A DNA stretch of 64,000 nt from contig CAMJNC010000002.1 in assembly GCA_946407195.1 (NCBI GenBank), forward strand, positions 5,658 to 69,657. The letters run 5' to 3'. Position 1 is the first letter of the stretch; each line of letters begins with the position of its first letter. Position numbers and translations under genes: made by a program. Positions 58,501 through 64,000 of the stretch are shown here, in pieces. Source of the DNA: an uncultured Treponema sp. (lineage in GTDB: Bacteria > Spirochaetota > Spirochaetia > Treponematales > Treponemataceae). The notes beneath the pieces were generated by a model, which did not search any database, was not told the origin of the DNA, and saw only the letters and a program-made list of their open reading frames with translations.

Positions 58501-61500
58501 TACATGGAGCTTTGTCGTGCCGCTCTGCCCTTTCGATGTAACGCTGCATTCACCGGCGATGGAATTAGTCATCACCAGTCCGTAGTCATCACACCACCAG
58601 ATAAAATCAGCAGCATCAGTTGCACTTCCATTAACCAGCTCAGCAGTTACCTTAAAGAAAGAAGTTGAATCAGGCTTCATCCTTAAAATACTGTCAGAAA
58701 CCCTAATATAGCAGTCATCAGATGAAGGCTGCTCAACGATTACAAGAATTTCTTTTGTATAACTTTGTGGATAACGTGTATTCTTTATGGAAATTCTGGT
58801 CATGCCCGTTTCAAGAGCTTTTACATAGCATGCAGAACCTGTCGGATTAATGAGGATAGATGTATTTGAAGAAGATGCCCATGAAAAGAACTGGTTATCG
58901 GCTGCTTCAGACGTACCGCCTTTTAGCTGTGCAGTGAGTGTAGTAGATTCACCCTTTTTGAGGGTTATGATATTCTTGTCCGTTTTAATGAACGGTTTCT
59001 GTTCGACTACCGCAGAAGATAAACAGATTACTGTAAATTCAAACGGGAAGATACAGTCATCATGTGTAACACGGATTTTCTGGGTACCAGGTTTATTACC
59101 GGAAATCATACAGGTCATGCCCGTCTGTGCAACAGGTTCAACAAAACCGTTATTTCCAACAGCCTGCCATGAAAATTTATAATTCATTGAAGCATCAGAT
59201 GCAGAAAGGTTTTTAATACTTACAGAAACCGGTTCAAGTTCTCCTTCGATTACGGTAATTACATTTGTATCACTTGTAAGATACGGTATACCGGCTGTAT
59301 CACCAGGTCTGTTAACGATTACCTGAATTTCCGAGTCATACTTACAGTCAGGATGATGTACATTAATAGTTGCCTTTCCTTCTTTTTTAGGAAGGATGAA
59401 AACAGCATTGCTTCCATTTACATAACTTGCCTCACAGATCGAATTGTCTGAAGATGTAAAGATAAAGTTTTTTTCATCGTTATTTGAAGGTGCCTGTGTA
59501 GTATGAATTATTTTTGCTGTAACAGATTCTTCTTTTTGTCCTGTTAAAAGCTGCACTACATTTTTTGATAATTCAATATAAGACTGGTCTTCATTCTTAT
59601 ATACATAAAGACTTCCAGTTCTGAGATTTATAGTTAAAGAATTAATACTGTATGGATTTGTTACAGTTATATAAGCTTCAGAATCTGATTTAAGAGGGAG
59701 TACAGATGCAGTATTGCCGGAATAAGAAAGAGAATATGCAGAAGAATCACTAAGTTCAAATTTAGTATAATTTTCTATGTCATTCATTCCGGCAATATTT
59801 ACTGTAAATGTTTTTGCATCATCATTTATATTATCAAAGAAAACTGTTCTGGTAGATGAAAATAAATAAATGTCAGTATCTTCTGAAACAACTCTAGGGT
59901 CAGTTACTTTTAATACAAATTCAATACTTGGATATCCATTTATTGCTGCAGAAATTACAGAAACACCGGGAGCTTTTGCCTGAACACGACAGAAAGAATC
60001 TTCAGCTGTAATAATTTGTGCAACATCTTCACGGCTAGATTTCCAAATTACAGATGTGTTATCTATGTTTGAATAATTTACAGTATAATTTTCATATAAA
60101 TTAATTTCCGTTTTTCTGTAAAGTTTTTCTGTAGTATAGAACATAGGGATTTCAGGGATAACTATGTCTTCATCTGAAGGACGTACAGTATAAACAGTAA
60201 ATGAAATACCTTTATCACAGTATTTATGGTTTGCCATGACGTTGAAAGTAAAAGGTTCTGCATTTTCATCAGAAGGAGCATTAACAATACATGTTCCATC
60301 TGCAGCAGGTAAAATGCTGACAGAATCATTTCCGCCTGACATGTTCCACTGAATGTCTGAAACATCTCCTTCTCCGCTGAGCGTTACACCAAGAGTTGCC
60401 TGATTTCCGTTCATTACGACAACTAGAGGATTTGTAGAATAAGAAAGATAAGACTTCTTAGGGTCTTCAGGTTTTGGTGTCTTAACTTTTACATCAATTT
60501 TTGTAGAATAAAGAGCTTTTGGATGAGAGATTTCAATTGTTGCTGTACCTGGGCGGAGGCCTTTAATACGGCACCAGGCGTATTCATTATATGTTGCAAT
60601 TGTAGAAGCAGAACGTGCAGAGCGAGAGGATTTTGAAACAGATTTACCGTTACCGTCAACCCAGGAAATTACAGGAGATGATGAACCGTCATCAGCTGTA
60701 TTTACAATACTCCACAAAAGATTATTTATATCGCCACCACTGCAATCAGATAAAAGGATATCAACTTGCACTTCACCATTTTCAAGGAGAGAAACAAAAC
60801 TCTGAGATGTAGTAATTGTAGTAGTTGCTTTTGAGCTTTCAGATACAAGGTCACGTACAACAATAACAGCACTTCGTTCATTCATACCTGGATATCTTAC
60901 TGTAACTCGGAAAGAACCAGTATGTTCACCTTTGAAATCAATTCTATCTCCTGTATTTAATCCATTGCCATTATAAATAGTCCAGGAAGAATATAAGGAT
61001 GCATCAGAAGAAAAATCCCATTCAAATAATGACGGGTCATAAGCTTCATCTGTATCTGCAATAAAAGCCTTGAGTTCACCGCCGTTATTGCCGCTTACAG
61101 TTACTATAGGCTGAGTTAATTCAATATAAGAACCGTCAGTTTTTTCCAGTACACGGACAAGAATATCAAGAGGATATTTAGACTGTTCGTGAGTAGCACG
61201 AAGAATACAGTCACCGGCTTTAGAAGCGGAAAGCTGACAAAGATTACCAGCAGTTTCAACGATGTTTACAGGACATAAAGCTGTACCTGCAATATCCTTT
61301 CCGTCAGAATCTACAAGACTAAAGCGGAATTTTTCATTCTGAGGATTAACGCTGTTCATAAGTTTTACAGAAACAGCTGATTCAGTTTTATTAGAATTAT
61401 TAAGGTCAATAGTTACTATGTTATTTGAGGTTGTAATATAAGGTTCGTTATATTCACCGCCGGAAACGTCAAGAAGAACAGAATAAGCGTAAGTTGCCTT

Positions 61501-62088
61501 CGGATGCCGTAAGGTAAGCTTTGCGGTACCGTTGGCAAGACCCGTAATCCAGCAGTAGTTTCCTTCTGTAGAAATAGAAGCAACGTCAGTGCGGTCTAAA
61601 GACCAGTTAAAACCGGAAATATCAGAAGCAGTCCCACCAAAAAGAGCCGCACTAATTCTTACTCTTTCTTTTGGGGAGAGAGAAACATAATCACGTGACG
61701 CATAAACATATGGATTAGTAATAACAGGTTTATAAGAATCACCGGAAACAGTAACAAGACAGGAAGCGTAAGCACCGTTATTGTTATATGTAGCCCTGAT
61801 TTCAGTCTGACCAGCAGAAAGACCGGTAAGAACTACTCCGTAATTATCTGTAACAGCTCTCACGACTTTTTCATCATAAGTCCAAGTAAGACCAGCTCCG
61901 CTCTGGTTTCCAGATACAGTCAGGCTCAGTGTATCCATCGAACCTGTGAGCATACTTAGATTATCTTTATCAAAAGAAAGTGTAGTATCATCACTGGGTT
62001 CTTCATCAAAAGACTCAAAAAAGTGACAGGAAATCAAAGCAGAGCAAAGAATCATAAAAAGCACATAAATAAAACCTGTTTTTCTCAT
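55597..62088 (-). CDS. Giant surface lipoprotein/adhesin (~2160 aa) with tandem Ig-like (Big_2-like) domains and a variable C-terminus
   Basis: Start ATG 62088 (GAGG RBS); MRKTGFIYVLFMILCSALIS-C lipobox; repeated W-x-S...G-x-A/T-x-I-x-x-x-H-P beta modules; Tyr/Asn-rich C-terminal domain. Confidence 0.88.
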   Translation of the reverse strand: MRKTGFIYVLFMILCSALISCHFFESFDEEPSDDTTLSFDKDNLSMLTGSMDTLSLTVSGNQSGAGLTWTYDEKVVRAVTDNYGVVLTGLSAGQTEIRATYNNNGAYASCLVTVSGDSYKPVITNPYVYASRDYVSLSPKERVRISAALFGGTASDISGFNWSLDRTDVASISTEGNYCWITGLANGTAKLTLRHPKATYAYSVLLDVSGGEYNEPYITTSNNIVTIDLNNSNKTESAVSVKLMNSVNPQNEKFRFSLVDSDGKDIAGTALCPVNIVETAGNLCQLSASKAGDCILRATHEQSKYPLDILVRVLEKTDGSYIELTQPIVTVSGNNGGELKAFIADTDEAYDPSLFEWDFSSDASLYSSWTIYNGNGLNTGDRIDFKGEHTGSFRVTVRYPGMNERSAVIVVRDLVSESSKATTTITTSQSFVSLLENGEVQVDILLSDCSGGDINNLLWSIVNTADDGSSSPVISWVDGNGKSVSKSSRSARSASTIATYNEYAWCRIKGLRPGTATIEISHPKALYSTKIDVKVKTPKPEDPKKSYLSYSTNPLVVVMNGNQATLGVTLSGEGDVSDIQWNMSGGNDSVSILPAADGTCIVNAPSDENAEPFTFNVMANHKYCDKGISFTVYTVRPSDEDIVIPEIPMFYTTEKLYRKTEINLYENYTVNYSNIDNTSVIWKSSREDVAQIITAEDSFCRVQAKAPGVSVISAAINGYPSIEFVLKVTDPRVVSEDTDIYLFSSTRTVFFDNINDDAKTFTVNIAGMNDIENYTKFELSDSSAYSLSYSGNTASVLPLKSDSEAYITVTNPYSINSLTINLRTGSLYVYKNEDQSYIELSKNVVQLLTGQKEESVTAKIIHTTQAPSNNDEKNFIFTSSDNSICEASYVNGSNAVFILPKKEGKATINVHHPDCKYDSEIQVIVNRPGDTAGIPYLTSDTNVITVIEGELEPVSVSIKNLSASDASMNYKFSWQAVGNNGFVEPVAQTGMTCMISGNKPGTQKIRVTHDDCIFPFEFTVICLSSAVVEQKPFIKTDKNIITLKKGESTTLTAQLKGGTSEAADNQFFSWASSSNTSILINPTGSACYVKALETGMTRISIKNTRYPQSYTKEILVIVEQPSSDDCYIRVSDSILRMKPDSTSFFKVTAELVNGSATDAADFIWWCDDYGLVMTNSIAGECSVTSKGQSGTTKLHVKHPKCAQTIDILLSVSEFQDFAFSQQNMTLRAGKIYFIPMQVPAQENDFNINYVSSDTDILYAAGSKQTAFVAPRHAGNVYLTATMTTTEGELMAQTQTLITIEEDDIRIPDISVGSSIIHNMEEGEDLTLSAVISGGNVSEGEKYNLKWEVISGEKGGLIFKNGAADGTFTGTDALLSCIKGDVEYVVRISHSSGAETQLWIKTTKKGEKRIELSTYYEAAYKSDGSFKITATVVNGKNGEQKQIEWTAVKNGGVNVVSVPKTAGPTCTVTPKSEGMTTITARLPDGTYAECQVIILSDAVIKLATSNVHVMPGETTAVSYYTEPANCTLQWYDEMTGYGQSWGSAPEQYFSYTVNETEKKIYITGVKEYSGGVAGTIKGMMTSTKCNTIPTLNVYVEYYSEMTVTDTRGSFLPSINLVDKGDDKTFDKGFDFFVTYSPKEMDIKVDSENTDVIKTTVSKQVITNSVGKEVMQATVHVTVVKEGSTGINITTQLNKEGLTKEVKKSQKISYSGYYENYNISFEPDPNAIAGAFSEYKNGNIYLADGEEILIYAQITNKYAAGEITDIVYSPKGNVAAEFNNAVSVNQNDNRDTVKAKQIWNNGQYNRNLYGSDDSIKPTPNTGLIAIKKENIEGTTKKIFCLKHCFDYYKDVDYNATTLNGAYRTYKNYIETDNIYFSITKDMYWTFMCEDKWIDHYEPIYYSNQKIGEIPVYKTGYKYHELSATMYNNQSIAYWKYDDDEVPYFFSDEGLGIVSPVWYINPYNFFSNYPNSDYYIYRNTDINKTEYYPYNIVALAIDGRNKNRKNYATELYTEGNNVKVYDIENKHKLGLKYPSPSDFSNRTYLDGFKAYVTYKDVTPYTVTKSQILNNANYYIPYMDIHDYNYWGWGHEDDCYVTIYATLMHEYCEPVICPYNYVYNNYNNIYIGYVDIKYKLAIKGNASVPQLCFKNIPVYFSAYKCEAYKKK
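56633..56759 (-). repeat. Right arm of 127-bp inverted repeat, inside the adhesin CDS
   Basis: Matches 52893-53019 in inverted orientation and in the same reading frame. Confidence 0.95.
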
Positions 62089-62119
62089 ATATTTACCTCT
62101 CAATATTTATAATATTTTC

Positions 62120-64000
62120 CTAATTACAGTTACGAACAAAAACATAGACCGGAACATAAAAATGCTTCAGGTCTCCGACCAGATTGGTATAGGCAAAATC
62201 AATACTTCCAACATAACTCATTTCCTTAACTGTGTTGTTATCTTTTTCAAGTGAAGAAAGGACGGTCCAGCTGCGTGATTCTGAATTAGATGTAATATAC
62301 AAACCATGAGAAACGTCATAAGAAAAATTATGGATTATCTTCTGGGTAAAGGCTGTATTTGTAATGGTTCTGGTATTATCTACCCTTACAAAATCTTTCT
62401 GTTTATAAGGTCCGCCTATAGTATTATTTGAATATTTGATATATGAATTATAATTTCTGCCAGAAGATTTATTATCTAAGAGTCCTTTTTCTGCATCTTC
62501 AGAAGCCGAAAAATTCATAAAAGAATATGGTTCTTTAACAGTTGCGGTTACAGAAACCGTTTCGCCATCTCCAAGTTCAAGCATGTTAGAGTCAGTTTTA
62601 TATACAGATTTACCTGTTTTTGGAGAATAATCGACATCAAATGTATGTTCAACATAATACCAGGAAAGGATAATGTTCGTATTACCGGCCGGAGTTGTTA
62701 CGGTTTCACTTCCGTTCTGAACTATGTTAACAGCCTGGATAAATGCATTTCCGTAGAATTCATTGTCAGGATTAAACCAGAACTCACCTTCAGCGGTTTC
62801 AGTAACAGGATTAATCGACTGATGAAGCGTGTCGTCAATTTCATAAACTACCTGCTTATTCTGGGTATCTGTCCTTACAGGTGTAAGCTGTTTAGTGCTG
62901 CCATCCTTAGACTTAATAGACATTTTTGGAAAATTAGATGTATTAGATACATATTCTGATGTAATAGCAATCTGAAGCTTACAGCATGAAGGTGTTACCG
63001 AATACTTAACGCTGTCTGTTTTTTTTGCTGGACATACTACCTGAGGTTTATTAATAACGGCGGTTTTATCTACAACAAATGAGTAATTATAATTATTGGT
63101 AAGTGCTATAGCCTTTGTAACATGACTTACTGTTGTAAGGGAGAACTCCGCCGGTGCACGGCTCTCATGTTCCTTACCCGTTATTTTTACGGTTCCCACA
63201 TCTTCAGGATAACCGTTCCAGCCGTAACCTTCATCACTGTAAGAAATACTTTCATTATCAGAAATATAGTGACCGGCTGTACCAGAAACTATTGGGTCTT
63301 TCTTCGGAACGCTTCTGTAATGAAGATATTTTGACTTCAAAGGATAAACGTTCATTGTTTCTACAACTACCTCGCCTTCTCCTGTACGTTTACCTGTTTC
63401 TTCATCCTTATAAACAAAGAATTCAAGACGAGGCGGTTCTTCTACAATTACATTAAGTGTAGCAGTAGAACCGTTGCTTAAAGTACCGGTAATTGTAGCA
63501 TTACCCGGCTTTTTTGGAGTAATAATACATTTTGGAGAACGGATAAGAACATCAAGAACACCTTCTTCGCTCTGGCTGATATTCCAGGTAATTTCTCCGC
63601 CGTCATCATTTGAAACAACAGCAGACACAGTTGTTGCATCTTCACCAACTAAAAGCTTTCTTGTATTTGTATAATTAAAGGCAATTGTTGGTTCAGAGGT
63701 TCCACGTACATTAATAAAGATACGGACCGGAGAAATTACATGACTATTATCCGGATCATGTCTTACAGTAACGAAAGCTTTGCCCGGATTAAGTGCTTCA
63801 ATCTGAACCTCTTTTCCAGTTTTTACGGAAGTTGCAAACTTAATTATGTTCTGATACTGAGGTTCAATTTCCCATTTAAGACCTGCAGAAGAAGTGTCTA
63901 TAAGATTTGAACCATAAAGAGCTGCAACGATTTTTTTCTTTTCGCCTACAGAAAAATCTTCGATTGTTGAACCATTTACACCAATATAAGGTTTTGTTTC
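62120..64000 (-). CDS. 3' part of a second Ig-repeat surface protein (paralog, starts beyond the window)
   Basis: Frame checked open from 63628 to 64000; same Ig-like modules; LELGDGETVSV and YVGSIDFAY...VPVY match the downstream paralog's YLADGEEILI and YIGYVDIKY...IPVY. Confidence 0.85.
   Translation of the reverse strand, partial: ETKPYIGVNGSTIEDFSVGEKKKIVAALYGSNLIDTSSAGLKWEIEPQYQNIIKFATSVKTGKEVQIEALNPGKAFVTVRHDPDNSHVISPVRIFINVRGTSEPTIAFNYTNTRKLLVGEDATTVSAVVSNDDGGEITWNISQSEEGVLDVLIRSPKCIITPKKPGNATITGTLSNGSTATLNVIVEEPPRLEFFVYKDEETGKRTGEGEVVVETMNVYPLKSKYLHYRSVPKKDPIVSGTAGHYISDNESISYSDEGYGWNGYPEDVGTVKITGKEHESRAPAEFSLTTVSHVTKAIALTNNYNYSFVVDKTAVINKPQVVCPAKKTDSVKYSVTPSCCKLQIAITSEYVSNTSNFPKMSIKSKDGSTKQLTPVRTDTQNKQVVYEIDDTLHQSINPVTETAEGEFWFNPDNEFYGNAFIQAVNIVQNGSETVTTPAGNTNIILSWYYVEHTFDVDYSPKTGKSVYKTDSNMLELGDGETVSVTATVKEPYSFMNFSASEDAEKGLLDNKSSGRNYNSYIKYSNNTIGGPYKQKDFVRVDNTRTITNTAFTQKIIHNFSYDVSHGLYITSNSESRSWTVLSSLEKDNNTVKEMSYVGSIDFAYTNLVGDLKHFYVPVYVFVRNCN

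Larger units (their letters stand above)
1..64000. mobile_element. Part of a large conjugative plasmid/ICE (or other large MGE) of a Treponema-like host
   Basis: No housekeeping genes; two SSBs, polyvalent proteins, Mrr, PcfJ, DUF5131 and spirochetal lipoproteins. Element boundaries and transfer genes are not in the window. Confidence 0.65.

Noticed and set aside
8672-63674. Numerous short antisense or alternate-frame ORFs in the ORF track
   Set aside because: Shadows of the long genes; no RBS, and Phe/Ile-rich composition expected from antisense AT-rich coding DNA.

Overview
AT-rich segment of what looks like a large conjugative element (plasmid or ICE) from a Treponema-like spirochete. The host call rests on spirochetal lipoboxes, a PlzA-like PilZ protein and a Treponema-type SSB. 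No relaxase, T4SS, integrase, rRNA or tRNA is visible here. Four parts: (1) 1-5683 (+), a tightly coupled phage-like accessory operon (AAA ATPase, DUF5131, Zn-finger proteins, PcfJ-like). (2) 5800-8600 (-), a small module with three Cas12a (type V-A)-like repeat handles but no cas genes: a 2-repeat mini-array and a promoter-driven solitary repeat. (3) 8624-50529 (-), a 42-kb block of 16 co-oriented genes, including three 2600-3200 aa polyvalent proteins, two SSBs and an apparently catalytically degenerate ComM/YifB. 15 of the 16 products end in a charged tail with a terminal Arg, a candidate T4SS translocation signal, and several promoters share a 16-bp AGTGTC...TTAT box. (4) 52893-64000, tandem giant Ig-repeat surface proteins. 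One has a silent alternative C-terminal cassette in inverted orientation, linked by a 127-bp inverted repeat, i.e. a shufflon-like 3.9-kb inversion switch. All domain calls are by-eye motif recognition; no database searches were run.
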